From an uncultured Bacteroidota bacterium (lineage in GTDB: Bacteria; Bacteroidota; Ignavibacteria; Kryptoniales; JAKASW01), in assembly GCA_963703215.1 (NCBI GenBank), contig OY969800.1, positions 3,225,483 through 3,289,482 of the forward strand: a DNA stretch of 64,000 nt. The letters are read 5' to 3'. The number at the start of each line of letters is the position of its first letter. Position 1 is the first letter of the stretch. Both the position numbers and the translations under genes were made by a program. The notes beneath the pieces are model-generated. The model saw only the letters and a list, made by a program, of their open reading frames with translations. It was not told the origin of the DNA and ran no database searches. Shown in pieces: positions 18,832-29,188 of the stretch.

Positions 18832-19863
18832 ATGTCTGAGTCATCGCTCGGAGGTCATGTAAGCGAGAAACAGATCGGGTACGCGGAACCGTTTTCAATC
18901 TCTTGGCGGGAGATGCGGGTGCCACTTCATGTAGTTCTATTTCTCATAACATTATTTACGACTACTCTTGCCGGGGTCGAGTGGATCGGGAAAGATCCGT
19001 TCGATCTTTTGAATTTCAAGCTGGGACTTGCTTACAGCCTCTCGTTGCTTCTCGTTCTGGGTTCACACGAGTTTGGGCATTTTTTTTTCGCCCTCAAACA
19101 CAAGGTTAAAGCTACACTTCCGTATTTCATACCGTCACCTTTCTTTTTCGCCATACCTTATTTCGGGACCTTCGGTGCAGTCATAAGAGTAAAAGATCGT
19201 GTACCCTCGCGTAAATCTATGTTCGACATCGGCGTATCTGGGCCTATTGCCGGCTTTATATTAAGTGTTGCGTTTCTAGTATTTGGCTTCACCCATCTTC
19301 CCTCTAAAGAATATTTACTCCAAATACATCCGAACTTTGATTTTGCAACTAACACAGTCCCAGCATCTGGAGGACAAGAACTCATTTTTGGAAAAACCAT
19401 TCTTTTCAAATTACTAGAGATGACATTTACAGACCCCCACCGTGAGTTTGTACCACCCATGGGAGAGATTTATCACTATCCCTTTTTATGTGTTGGCTGG
19501 TTTGGTTTGTTCATCACGGCTATGAATCTATTGCCCGTAGGACAGCTTGATGGCGGACATCTGATATACGCAATGTTTGGTTTCAGTCACAAAAAAATTG
19601 CGAGAGTGTTCTTCTTTGCAGTTCTTCTCATGGGATTAGTAAATCTTCTGCCTCTTGTTTTGAAGAATTCCTGGAGCGCGTTGAACCCTGATATGGGTTG
19701 GGGCTGGCTTTTCTGGTGTGCCATATTGTTTTTCGTCATAAAACTTGATCACCCGCCTGTTATGGATATGACTCCGTTAGATGCTATGCGCAAGGTCGTC
19801 GGCTGGCTCACCATTTTGATTTTTGTCGTGTCTTTTTCACCTGTCCCATTCATAACTAATTGA
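18832..19863 (+). CDS. site-2 protease family (M50) membrane metalloprotease
   Basis: 343 aa, polytopic. HEFGHFFFA (HExxH) and a later NLLPVGQLDGGH motif typical of M50. Confidence 0.8.
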   Translation: MSESSLGGHVSEKQIGYAEPFSISWREMRVPLHVVLFLITLFTTTLAGVEWIGKDPFDLLNFKLGLAYSLSLLLVLGSHEFGHFFFALKHKVKATLPYFIPSPFFFAIPYFGTFGAVIRVKDRVPSRKSMFDIGVSGPIAGFILSVAFLVFGFTHLPSKEYLLQIHPNFDFATNTVPASGGQELIFGKTILFKLLEMTFTDPHREFVPPMGEIYHYPFLCVGWFGLFITAMNLLPVGQLDGGHLIYAMFGFSHKKIARVFFFAVLLMGLVNLLPLVLKNSWSALNPDMGWGWLFWCAILFFVIKLDHPPVMDMTPLDAMRKVVGWLTILIFVVSFSPVPFITN

Positions 19864-19870
19864 GGTAATA

Positions 19871-20680
19871 TTGAAAAAAGTCGCCCTCATTGTTTTCGTC
19901 AGCGTAGCATTGTCGGCATGTCAAAAAGCAAGCAATATCGTCATCGACAGCTCTCAGCAGATAGTTAACGCTACGCATCTGACATTTGCCGGTAAAGACA
20001 GCATCAATATCGCCAGCTATATCAACTCACATCCGCCTGGACTAACGATAACCGATACTTTCCACGTGACACTGAATCCTGTCGGAGGCTTCTCTTACCT
20101 AGATGTGAAAGTGGAGAATGATTCAACCACAATTCTCACGGAGCAATCATTTTCAAACCTTCAGGGAGATTCGATCAGCGGCGTTCTTTCCTTTGCGCCG
20201 ACGAGCGTCTATGTGGGTGATCTCACCTACGAGTTCACACCATACGGCACCAATGGCACCGCCGGAAATTATATGGTACAGACGGTCCATCTTTATAACT
20301 CCGTAACGAATCCACCAGTGATAGACAGCGTAAGTGTTCCAGATTCAATACAAGTCGACCCGCTTTATACAGTGGTGGCTGATTTGTATGCAAAAGTGCA
20401 GGATCCTTACGGCTTGACTGATATTTCGAAAGTGTATTTCAACTCCACAAGACCAGATGGTACACCTGCGACCGGAAATCCATACTTGATGTACGATGAT
20501 GGCGGTGCAAGCGGAGCGGGTGGAGACGACGACGTAGTTGCACACGACGGAGTTTATACACTTGGAATCCAGCTGCCGCCGACCACTACACTTGGAACAT
20601 ATACATTCACATTCTATGCGGTTAATCGCAGCGGAGTTTCAAGCGCTCCAGTCTCCCACAACATTAGGGTATATAAATGA
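19871..20680 (+). CDS. hypothetical lipoprotein with Ig-like beta-rich domains
   Basis: 269 aa. Lipobox VALSAC. C-terminal DDGGASGAGGDDDVVAHDGVYT segment. 4-nt overlap with the next gene. Confidence 0.55.
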   Translation: MKKVALIVFVSVALSACQKASNIVIDSSQQIVNATHLTFAGKDSINIASYINSHPPGLTITDTFHVTLNPVGGFSYLDVKVENDSTTILTEQSFSNLQGDSISGVLSFAPTSVYVGDLTYEFTPYGTNGTAGNYMVQTVHLYNSVTNPPVIDSVSVPDSIQVDPLYTVVADLYAKVQDPYGLTDISKVYFNSTRPDGTPATGNPYLMYDDGGASGAGGDDDVVAHDGVYTLGIQLPPTTTLGTYTFTFYAVNRSGVSSAPVSHNIRVYK

Positions 20681-22215
20681 GATTATCTTTTATTTTAGTA
20701 GTCGTTCTTTTTCTTTCCAGCGCTGACGCACAATTCCTGAAGAGAACTTTCAAGCTCGGGGTCGATTCCACTTCTCAGCCGCAGCCTTCGAGCAACACGG
20801 TAAATCAAATACTGATTGCCAATGGAAAAGTATACTTCGCAACCAGCAATGGCATCAACGTGACTACAGACGGCGGCAATACATTCGAATCGAATTTCGG
20901 AAAGAACGGCCCAACTGGAATAGGAATAGAGGCAATTGCAGTGAAAGGAGACACGATCGTCACGACTGTCTCCTCGGACACGAGTGTCGGGACCAGCGGT
21001 CTTGTTGGGAAAGGCCTTTTTGTTTCGACCGATAATGGCGCCACATGGACACGGGAACTTCAAAGCATAGATAAAGAATCCGATTCATCAGTTACCTTTG
21101 GCAGAGACACACTTAAAGCAACTCCAGTCACTGTGGACGTTGACAACGTTTCCTATTCGGTCGTATTTCACAAAGGCTACATTTACACTGCGAACTTTGC
21201 GGGCGCACTAAGAAGAAGCAGCGACCTTGGAAAAACCTGGCAGAGAGTCGTCTTGCCTCCAGACTATCTCGATTATATTACGCAAGACAGCACCGATTAC
21301 ACTTTCCAATTGTCTCCGATTAACGGCGCCATAACCACTGAGAATAATTATAATCACCGAGTGTTCTCTTTGTATTCTGATGGTGACAGTGTCTTGTATG
21401 TTGGCACCGCAGATGGAATCAACAAATCGACCGACGACGGCTATTCTTGGTACAAGTTTGATCACGTCGGCAGTTCTGGAGGGATTTCCGGGAACTTTGT
21501 CGTCTCGTTGACCGGACAGAATTCAGGAAGTGTTCACAGGATTTGGGGCGCCACTGTAGTTGCCAACGATCCGACGGAATCTTCAGCGCTCAGTTATACC
21601 ATAGATGAAGGCAAAACATGGAACAATATCCTGGATGGCCATTTCTTCCACGGGATGGCGTTCCATGACAGCACTATCGTTTATGGTGTGTCGGACGATG
21701 GATTTTTTCGTACTCCGGACTTTGGCAGAACAAGCCAAGTGGTTACGAATATCTACGATCCAACTTCAAGACAATCGATATTATCCCCGGCGTTTTATGC
21801 CGCCGCGGCGAACGGCGATTCGATATGGGTCGCCTCCGGCGATGGATCTGCCGTCGGTATCGATAACGGTTCCGGCTTCGACCAGAGCAAGTGGCATGTT
21901 CTGAAGGCATACGCGAGCGTTACAGGCACTTCCACATATTTCTATCCTAACCCTTTTTCGCCCCGTCTCGACGTCGGAAAGATTCATCTTCATATCCAGA
22001 ATCCAGGAAGCCAAGTGACGATAAGAATTTATGATTTTTCTATGCACGTCGTCAGAACCGTTCTTCAAAACGCGACACGCGGCGTCGGCGACGTCGACGT
22101 GCAGTGGAGCGGCGCGAGCGACCGCGGCGGCCTTGTTGACAACGGAGTTTATCTCTATAGTGTCGTCGTAAATGGTGGAACCCCGGCATGGGGAAAAATT
22201 TTGGTGATAAGATGA
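20677..22215 (+). CDS. BNR/Asp-box repeat protein with C-terminal T9SS/FlgD-Ig-like sorting domain
   Basis: 512 aa. Signal peptide. Asp-box repeats STDNGATW, SSDLGKTW, STDDGYSW and IDEGKTW. The C-terminal ~80 aa (YFYPNPFSP...VYLYSVVVNG...GKILVIR) resembles a type A secretion sorting domain. Confidence 0.7.
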   Translation: MRLSFILVVVLFLSSADAQFLKRTFKLGVDSTSQPQPSSNTVNQILIANGKVYFATSNGINVTTDGGNTFESNFGKNGPTGIGIEAIAVKGDTIVTTVSSDTSVGTSGLVGKGLFVSTDNGATWTRELQSIDKESDSSVTFGRDTLKATPVTVDVDNVSYSVVFHKGYIYTANFAGALRRSSDLGKTWQRVVLPPDYLDYITQDSTDYTFQLSPINGAITTENNYNHRVFSLYSDGDSVLYVGTADGINKSTDDGYSWYKFDHVGSSGGISGNFVVSLTGQNSGSVHRIWGATVVANDPTESSALSYTIDEGKTWNNILDGHFFHGMAFHDSTIVYGVSDDGFFRTPDFGRTSQVVTNIYDPTSRQSILSPAFYAAAANGDSIWVASGDGSAVGIDNGSGFDQSKWHVLKAYASVTGTSTYFYPNPFSPRLDVGKIHLHIQNPGSQVTIRIYDFSMHVVRTVLQNATRGVGDVDVQWSGASDRGGLVDNGVYLYSVVVNGGTPAWGKILVIR

Positions 22216-23144
22216 AAACACTGATCTTTGTCCTGACACTAGCTTCTGTCTCATTCGCACAAAGCGATCCAGGAAGCTTTGCCCGAATCGGCATCAACGC
22301 AAAAGGAATGTCGATGAGTAATTCGATCTCCGCATTGTCTTCAGGGGATGTTTACACTTATTATAATCCTGCACTTTCTTCTTTCCAGAATGATGGAAAT
22401 ATCTCTGCATCAGTTGCACTCCTCTCATTAGACCGGCAACTCAATGTCATAACCTACACTACCGGACTCAAACCAAGCGCCGGTCTTTCGGTTGGAATCA
22501 TTAACGGGACCGTTTCCAGCATCGATGGCCGAGATGAAAACGGCACACACACGTCGGACCTTTCAACAGGCGAGTACCAGGCATACTTTAGTTTTTCGAA
22601 CCGGTTCTTCGAGAACTTCTCTATTGGATTGAGCCTCAAGCTATATTATTACGATCTCTATTCCGGCATTTCCTCCTCCTCCATTGGGTTTGATGTCGGA
22701 GCGCTGTACAAGGCGACAGATTTCCTTTCCGTCGGTTTCGTGGCGACGGATCTTGGGGAACAGTACCACTGGGATTCATCGAGTCTCTATGGAATCGACG
22801 GCTCTAATTTCATCAGTCCTTTCCCACACGTTTTCAAGATCGGAGCGGCATATAGCCTGCCGGTTCTGAACTCGGCAATCACAGTGGAATATGATATCGC
22901 CACTTCTCCTTCATTGAATGGACTGAGAGCTGGAGTGGAGATCCATCCTATCGATGTCATCGCAATCAGAGGCGGGTTCTCTGCCAGCAACCAGCTGAAC
23001 TTGGGGACAGAGGTTGAGCCGACATTCGGATTCGGTGCAAGGGTTTCCTTTCTGGGCGTCACGCCTGAGATTAATTATGCATATGTCGCTGAGCCACTTT
23101 CGCCCTACGGCATACAAACCATTTCAATAAATTTCGGACTCTGA
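22212..23144 (+). CDS. PorV/PorQ-family outer-membrane beta-barrel protein
   Basis: Signal peptide MKTLIFVLTLASVSFAQ. ARIGINAKGMSMSNSISAL...YYNPA and alternating beta-strand pattern, ending in an aromatic residue region. The track ORF begins at 22188; ATG 22212 gives the signal peptide. Confidence 0.6.
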   Translation: MKTLIFVLTLASVSFAQSDPGSFARIGINAKGMSMSNSISALSSGDVYTYYNPALSSFQNDGNISASVALLSLDRQLNVITYTTGLKPSAGLSVGIINGTVSSIDGRDENGTHTSDLSTGEYQAYFSFSNRFFENFSIGLSLKLYYYDLYSGISSSSIGFDVGALYKATDFLSVGFVATDLGEQYHWDSSSLYGIDGSNFISPFPHVFKIGAAYSLPVLNSAITVEYDIATSPSLNGLRAGVEIHPIDVIAIRGGFSASNQLNLGTEVEPTFGFGARVSFLGVTPEINYAYVAEPLSPYGIQTISINFGL

Positions 23145-23147
23145 AAA

Positions 23148-24104
23148 ATGAACCGCACTGCGCATGAAAAGAAAATGAAGATGGAACAATCTGCCATGAA
23201 AAAATCCTTTTTCATTATCCTGACCACGCTATTATGTCCGGTGCTCGCCTTCTCACAAAGCGGAGGAGCAGGATTCCAAATATTGGAAATAGGATATTCT
23301 GCACGCAATCTTGCGCTTGCGAACTCAAACGACGTGGTAACTAATGACCCCGTTGCCATCTTCACCAATCCTGCAGGATTGGCGGCAAATGAAAATGAAG
23401 CCGGCCTCGGACTCAATTTCATGCTGACTCACCGAACATATTTTGCAGGGACTACCGTTGACATGTTTGGGACACGGTTTGAAGGCGCCGGTCTTTCTTT
23501 CGGGACGAGCCTCCTTTATTCAAGCGTGCCCAATATCGAGGTGAGAACTACACCGAGCGATGATCCACAGTCCACTTTCGCCGCAAATGATTTCGCTTTT
23601 GCATTCGGAATTGCTCGGAGTTTTGACAAGCTTGATATTGGTATTTCGGCGATGTACCTGTACGAACAACTTTTCGTCTACGAATCCGATGGTTACGCTT
23701 TGAATTTAGGCGCGAGATATTCTCCCGTGGAAAATGTGGAGCTCGGTTTGTCGGCTGGCAATTTGGGCTCTTCATCAGCAATGATCTCGCAGAAGGTTAC
23801 TCTTCCCGCTTTCGTCCGGATCGGAGGGAGCTATGCAAAAACTCTCGACGATAATTTCTCCGTCACGGGTTACGTTGATGCCGCCTATTTCAAATCAGGA
23901 GGTATCACACCGGGAATCGGAGCCGAGTTTTCATTCCAAAATCTTATTAGATTTCGTGCTGGCTACTCGTCAGGAAATGAAATTACGGGTTATTCCTTCG
24001 GTGCGGGCATAAACTATAATTTCCTCAGATTCGACTACTCATATATCCCGTATAAACTAGATTTCGGCAACAGCCAGACCTTCACACTGTCGTTCATGTT
24101 CTAA
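23148..24104 (+). CDS. PorV/PorQ-family outer-membrane beta-barrel protein (paralog)
   Basis: 318 aa. GAGFQILEIGYSARNLALANSNDVVTNDPVAIFTNPAGLA matches the PorV/PorQ N-terminal signature. Ends ...TFTLSFMF. The likely start is ATG 23196 (MKKSFFIILTTLL). Confidence 0.7.
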   Translation: MNRTAHEKKMKMEQSAMKKSFFIILTTLLCPVLAFSQSGGAGFQILEIGYSARNLALANSNDVVTNDPVAIFTNPAGLAANENEAGLGLNFMLTHRTYFAGTTVDMFGTRFEGAGLSFGTSLLYSSVPNIEVRTTPSDDPQSTFAANDFAFAFGIARSFDKLDIGISAMYLYEQLFVYESDGYALNLGARYSPVENVELGLSAGNLGSSSAMISQKVTLPAFVRIGGSYAKTLDDNFSVTGYVDAAYFKSGGITPGIGAEFSFQNLIRFRAGYSSGNEITGYSFGAGINYNFLRFDYSYIPYKLDFGNSQTFTLSFMF

Positions 24105-24105
24105 A

Positions 24106-25230
24106 ATGTCGAGCGCCGAACGAGATCTTGATGTACTGATAGTCGTCAGCTCCGATCCACGATACGATTCCCGCAGCTCAAAATATTTAAACTGTCTTCT
24201 CGACGAAGGATTCAAAGTAAAAGTCGTTGGAATCTCTTCCGACGGAACCTCGGACGGCGGCAACTCTATGATCCGGGTTCCTATCAAGGAACGAGCAGGC
24301 AAGAAATTCTTCCTGGAGTTTTACCGAAGAATTATCCCGGAAGTGAGACGAGTCAAGGCAGAAATTGTAATCGCCGGTGACCTGTTCTCTTTGCTGCCGT
24401 CCATTCTCAACAAGCGTAAATATTCAAGTCAGGGTCTTAAGCCAAAATTAGTCTACGACTCAAAAGAATTATACAAGGAGTTGCCAAGTCTCAAGTCTAA
24501 ACGAAGCAGCTTCATGTTCTGGACTTTTGTGGAGAAAGCCTCGATAAAATATGTCGACCACGTACTGACGGTAAACAAATCGATCGCTGACATCCTCGCG
24601 GCAAAGTGGGTTCTTCCAACAACTGTTGTCATGAACGTTCCTGACGTAACGCAATCGCCTGCGAGCGGTACTAAGTCGCTCGACACGGTCACGTTGGTTT
24701 TCTCAGGAGGCATGCAGGGGGGACGCGGGCTTCATAACCTTGTGAAGTTGTTGACATTCCTCCCTGAGAAATACAAGTTGAAGTTCGTCGGAGATGGCGC
24801 ACTAAGACCAGAGCTTGAGCGACTTGCCGCCTCATTGAATCTATCGAATAGAATTCATTTTATCGGCCGAGTGAAAAATAGCGAGGTGATAGAAGAGCTT
24901 TCCAGGGGAACACTCGGAATCTATTTGATGGAGAATTCCGGACTCTGCCATTACCTTGCTTTGCCGAACAAACTTTTTCAATATATTTCTGCCGGACTTC
25001 CAGTGATCGTACCACAATTTCCGGAGATGGAACGAATCGTCAGAGAATTCGGAATTGGCGCAGCGATCGATCCGACAAACCTCGAAGCTGCAGCATTGTG
25101 TGTGATTGAGCTGACAAGCAATCAGCAAGAATTTTCGCGATTAGTCAACAACTGTGGCAAAGCCGCGAGAATTCTGAATTGGCAGGTTGAAAAAGAAAAG
25201 TTTCTAAAAGTTATAAGAAATTTAGTTTAG
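24106..25230 (+). CDS. glycosyltransferase family 4 (GT-B fold)
   Basis: 374 aa. C-terminal GT1/GT4 signature region (FVGDG...L..LA..L.L..RIHFIGRV..., LPNKLFQYISAGLPVIV). Confidence 0.7.
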   Translation: MSSAERDLDVLIVVSSDPRYDSRSSKYLNCLLDEGFKVKVVGISSDGTSDGGNSMIRVPIKERAGKKFFLEFYRRIIPEVRRVKAEIVIAGDLFSLLPSILNKRKYSSQGLKPKLVYDSKELYKELPSLKSKRSSFMFWTFVEKASIKYVDHVLTVNKSIADILAAKWVLPTTVVMNVPDVTQSPASGTKSLDTVTLVFSGGMQGGRGLHNLVKLLTFLPEKYKLKFVGDGALRPELERLAASLNLSNRIHFIGRVKNSEVIEELSRGTLGIYLMENSGLCHYLALPNKLFQYISAGLPVIVPQFPEMERIVREFGIGAAIDPTNLEAAALCVIELTSNQQEFSRLVNNCGKAARILNWQVEKEKFLKVIRNLV

Positions 25231-26586
25231 AAGTCCGTACTTCTTTCTTTTTTCCCAAAGCGTTTTTCTTGTAACGCCAAGCTGTTGAGCGGTGGCTTCG
25301 AGGTTGAAGTTGTTCCACTCCAGAACTTTCTTCAGATATTCACCTTCGATCTGGTCGAATGTCAGCCCCTTTGGCAAATGAAGACCGTCGGCCTGACCGG
25401 CGACTTGCGTTCCGATACTCGTCAAAGCAATCTCATCTCCGTCGATGTATTCCTTTTCGGCAAATATCATGGCTCGCTCGACAACATTCCGCAGTTCGCG
25501 GACGTTTCCAGGCCAGTCGTGAGAAAGAAGTTTGCGCTCCGCGGAATTCGTAAAACCCTTTACGTGCTTTTTGAACTTCAGGTTGAAATCATCAATAAAC
25601 TTGCGCGCGATCAAAATCGCATCCTTATCGCGGTCGCGAAGCGGAGGCACAGCGAGGGACACGACATTTATTCGGTAAAATAAATCGCTCCTGAATTTGC
25701 CGGTAGCAACGTCGTTCTCGAGATTTGAATTTGTTGCAGACACCACGCGCAAGTCAACGGGAATTTCCTCAAGGCCCCCTACCCTTCTGATCCTTCTGTT
25801 CTCAATGAACGACAGAAACTTTGACTGAAGTCCGAGGTCCATGCTCGTGATTTCATCGAGCAAGACTGTCCCGCCGCTCGCCACTTCGAGCAATCCTTTC
25901 TTGGACGTCTTTGCATCCGTGAAAGCTCCCTTTTCATAGCCAAACAGTTCCGCTTCGAGCAAATTGGACGGAAGCGACGCGCAATTAATTTCCAAGTATC
26001 TCTTCTCGGAAATCGGGCTCATATAATGGATCACACGCGCGACAAGATTTTTTCCAACTCCACTCTCACCGCGCATCAGAATCACCGCTTCAGTCACGCC
26101 GGACACACGCTTGATGAAGTCACGGAGTGTTTTCATCGGCTCACTATCGCCTATGAGATTATCGTAAGAGTATCGAGATTTGAATCCAGACTTTATCTCC
26201 GCTACTTCGGTCCGAAGCCTGCCGACTTCCACTGCCCGCCCGATAGCAAGCTTCAGCTCGTCAAAATTTATTGGCTTCGTAAGATACTCAAATGCCCCGG
26301 CCTTCATGGCCCGAACCGCAGTATCAACCGCTGCCTTAGCGGTAACCAGTATCACCGGCATAAGCCGCGACAATCCTCGGAGCTTATCGATAAGTTCGAT
26401 CCCATCGATCTCCGGCATCATCACGTCGCTGATCACGAGATCGGGGTATTCCATTTTTATGGCGTCAACAAGAGCCGTCGGGTGAACAAAATACTTTACG
26501 TTGATCTGCTCGTTCCGCAAACCGTACTTGACTAGCTTGATGATGTTTTCGTCATCGTCAAGAAAATATACTAGAGGAGCAACCAT
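25222..26586 (-). CDS. sigma-54-dependent response regulator (NtrC/AtoC family)
   Basis: 454 aa. REC domain (DLVISDVMMPEIDG), AAA+ domain with GESGVGKNLVAR and the ELFGYEKGAFTDA loop, and a C-terminal Fis-type HTH (ATAQQLGVTRKTLWEK). Confidence 0.9.
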   Translation of the reverse strand: MVAPLVYFLDDDENIIKLVKYGLRNEQINVKYFVHPTALVDAIKMEYPDLVISDVMMPEIDGIELIDKLRGLSRLMPVILVTAKAAVDTAVRAMKAGAFEYLTKPINFDELKLAIGRAVEVGRLRTEVAEIKSGFKSRYSYDNLIGDSEPMKTLRDFIKRVSGVTEAVILMRGESGVGKNLVARVIHYMSPISEKRYLEINCASLPSNLLEAELFGYEKGAFTDAKTSKKGLLEVASGGTVLLDEITSMDLGLQSKFLSFIENRRIRRVGGLEEIPVDLRVVSATNSNLENDVATGKFRSDLFYRINVVSLAVPPLRDRDKDAILIARKFIDDFNLKFKKHVKGFTNSAERKLLSHDWPGNVRELRNVVERAMIFAEKEYIDGDEIALTSIGTQVAGQADGLHLPKGLTFDQIEGEYLKKVLEWNNFNLEATAQQLGVTRKTLWEKRKKYGLLN

Positions 26587-26723
26587 GATCGTTAAATATA
26601 GCCTACATCAAATAAATGAACAAATAATTAAACCGGACACAACATTAATATTCAGGAATCAGAGCTCACCACCGCAACTCGTGAACAAGCCTCCTCCGAT
26701 CCAAATTTGAGTTCCGATTGCGC

Positions 26724-27830
26724 TCATGCGGTTTGAGTTTTGGATCTTGAGCTTTCCTTCACTCCCAAGCATTCCCGAAGCGACTCGACGAAATATTCGC
26801 TCTCTTCTTTCGAGCCCACATTCACGCGAAGGTATCTCTCAAGCAGCGGATAGGATGAAACATCGCGTATAAGAACACTCTGACGTTCCAGCAAATCTTC
26901 AAACACTTTCTGCGCGGGAAGTGGAGTAGAAAATAAAAAGAAATTGGAATCAGATTCAACCACTTCGACTCCCTCAATCATCCGCACCGCCTCAACCATC
27001 TCGGTTTTTTGCTTCTTCAACAACGATGCGCGCTCGTCGAAAATGTGAGTATTCTCAAGAAGCTTCAGCGCGGTGAATTCAGATAGTGGATTCACAGTAA
27101 ACGGAATTTTCGCTTTCAGTATTTGAAACGCCGTTTCGGGATCCGCAACCAAATATCCAATCCTGAGTCCTGCAAGACTGAAGGCTTTTGAAAATGTTCT
27201 CAGGACAACCAGATTCTTATGAGTCTTCGTAAGGCTTACGACGCTTTCATCATCCGAAAACTCGATATACGCTTCATCAACAAGAACGATGGCATTCGTT
27301 GACTGAAGAATCTCGACGATGAAATCCCGCGTTGCCGACTTACCAGTTGGATTGTTTGGTGAGCTTAGTATGATCAGCCCGCGGTCCATGCGACGAGCAT
27401 GCTCCAAGATCCTTTTCTCATCAAAAGTCAGGTCGGACTTCGCGTAGACCTCAGAAATTTTGCCCTCAAGTATTCTCGCGACCTTTTCGAACAAATAAAA
27501 AGTCGGTTGAGGAATCAAGACATCGGTACCTGCGTTAACGATCGACATCTCTACCGTGTAGATCAACTCATTCGAGCCATTGGCAACGATGAATGAATTC
27601 TCAGGAAGATCGTACAATGAAGCAAATTTCCTTGGCAATGCCGTAGAGAACACTTCCGGATACCTGTTCCACTTTATCCTAAAAAACTCTTCGATGATTT
27701 CTTTTTTTAACTCTGCGGGAATATCGTATGGGCTTTCGTTCTGGTTCAACTTAATTTTCGCCGGATGACCAGAGACATTGTATGGTGCCAATTCGAGAAC
27801 GGTTTTCTTGAAATTAGATTTTGCGTCCAA
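26724..27830 (-). CDS. hisC: histidinol-phosphate aminotransferase
   Basis: 368 aa class-II aminotransferase. NPTGK, and the PLP lysine context RTFSKAFSLAGLRIGY. Overlaps hisD upstream. Confidence 0.85.
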   Translation of the reverse strand: MDAKSNFKKTVLELAPYNVSGHPAKIKLNQNESPYDIPAELKKEIIEEFFRIKWNRYPEVFSTALPRKFASLYDLPENSFIVANGSNELIYTVEMSIVNAGTDVLIPQPTFYLFEKVARILEGKISEVYAKSDLTFDEKRILEHARRMDRGLIILSSPNNPTGKSATRDFIVEILQSTNAIVLVDEAYIEFSDDESVVSLTKTHKNLVVLRTFSKAFSLAGLRIGYLVADPETAFQILKAKIPFTVNPLSEFTALKLLENTHIFDERASLLKKQKTEMVEAVRMIEGVEVVESDSNFFLFSTPLPAQKVFEDLLERQSVLIRDVSSYPLLERYLRVNVGSKEESEYFVESLRECLGVKESSRSKTQTA

Positions 27831-29130
27831 CTTTGTCCCTTACTTTTATTGAGAGTGCATGAGCTGTCAATCCCTCGTTTTCGGCAAAGACTTTTATCTT
27901 CGCCGAGTCCCGCTCAAAAGCATTTTTCGAATACTGAATTACGCTGGAACGCTTCACAAATGATTCAACACTCAGGACCGATGAAAATCTTGCAGTCCCT
28001 CCCGTCGGAAGGACATGGCTCGGCCCGGCAAAATAGTCCCCCACCGGCTCGGGCGAATACTGCCCGAGAAATACCGCTCCGGCATTCCTGATCTTGTCCA
28101 AAATTTCCCACTCGTTATCGGCGATAATTTCAAGATGCTCAGGAGCGATCTCGTTCACTAATGAAATCGCATCAGAGATATTTTCAACGACAAAGGCGGC
28201 ACCGTTTCGTTTTATCGATCCCGTTGCGATTTCTTTTCGCGTCAAATCGGCGACGAAATCAATTAGCTTCTTTTGTACTTTCTTCGCGAGACTTCTGTCG
28301 GTAGTCACCAGAACTGCCGCCGCATTTTTGTCGTGCTCAGCCTGGGCAAGCAAATCGGCTGCAACGCATCCAGGATCTGCGGACGAGTCTGCAAGGACTA
28401 CCACTTCGCTCGGTCCTGCGATCATGTCGATGTCGACTTCCCCGAAGACAATCTTCTTGGCTGCCGCCACGTAAATGTTTCCGGGCCCGACGATCTTATC
28501 AACTTTTTTTATTGACTCTGTGCCATACGCAGCGGCAGCAATTGCCTGAGCGCCGCCAACTGAATAGATGTTTTCAATCCCGAGAATGCCGCACGTCGCA
28601 AGGACAAGACGATTGATTGAACCGTCCTTGTCAGGCGGAGTGAGCACACAGATTTCATTTACACCAGCGACCTGTGCTGGTACGGCATTCATTATCACAG
28701 TCGAAGGATATGCGGCAGTTCCACCCGGCACGTACAACGCAACTCTTTCAAGTGGTATGGCCCTTTGTCCGAGAATGCTTCCGTCACTCTTCTCTTCCGT
28801 CCAGGAACTCTGCTTTTGTTTCTCGTGGAAAGTCCTCACGTTGGAAACCGCTTCTCGGATTATCGACAGTATCTCTTCGCTGACCTTAGCCTTTGCTTTC
28901 TCGATTTCTTCTTTCGGAACTCTTACTGACTTCAATTCGACGCCGTCGAACCTCTGCGTGAACCTAATCAAAGCAGCGTCCCCCCCTGACCGAACGGTGG
29001 AAATAATCTCACTTACTTTGGATATCAACTCTTCATCAAGAACCAGATTCCTGGTTTTAATTCTCAGCAGCTTCTTGGAAAATTCTTTCGTGCCCGGAAA
29101 TAGAATTGGGAGTAAATCTGAATTCTTCAT
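27814..29130 (-). CDS. hisD: histidinol dehydrogenase
   Basis: 438 aa. YVPGGTAAYPSTVIM, AGPSEVVVLAD and QAEHD motifs of HisD. Confidence 0.95.
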   Translation of the reverse strand: MKNSDLLPILFPGTKEFSKKLLRIKTRNLVLDEELISKVSEIISTVRSGGDAALIRFTQRFDGVELKSVRVPKEEIEKAKAKVSEEILSIIREAVSNVRTFHEKQKQSSWTEEKSDGSILGQRAIPLERVALYVPGGTAAYPSTVIMNAVPAQVAGVNEICVLTPPDKDGSINRLVLATCGILGIENIYSVGGAQAIAAAAYGTESIKKVDKIVGPGNIYVAAAKKIVFGEVDIDMIAGPSEVVVLADSSADPGCVAADLLAQAEHDKNAAAVLVTTDRSLAKKVQKKLIDFVADLTRKEIATGSIKRNGAAFVVENISDAISLVNEIAPEHLEIIADNEWEILDKIRNAGAVFLGQYSPEPVGDYFAGPSHVLPTGGTARFSSVLSVESFVKRSSVIQYSKNAFERDSAKIKVFAENEGLTAHALSIKVRDKVGRKI

Positions 29131-29188
29131 CTTGAATAATTTATGTCAGACAGCGGGACTTTCCAATCCTTATTTCCAGAAAGAGTTC

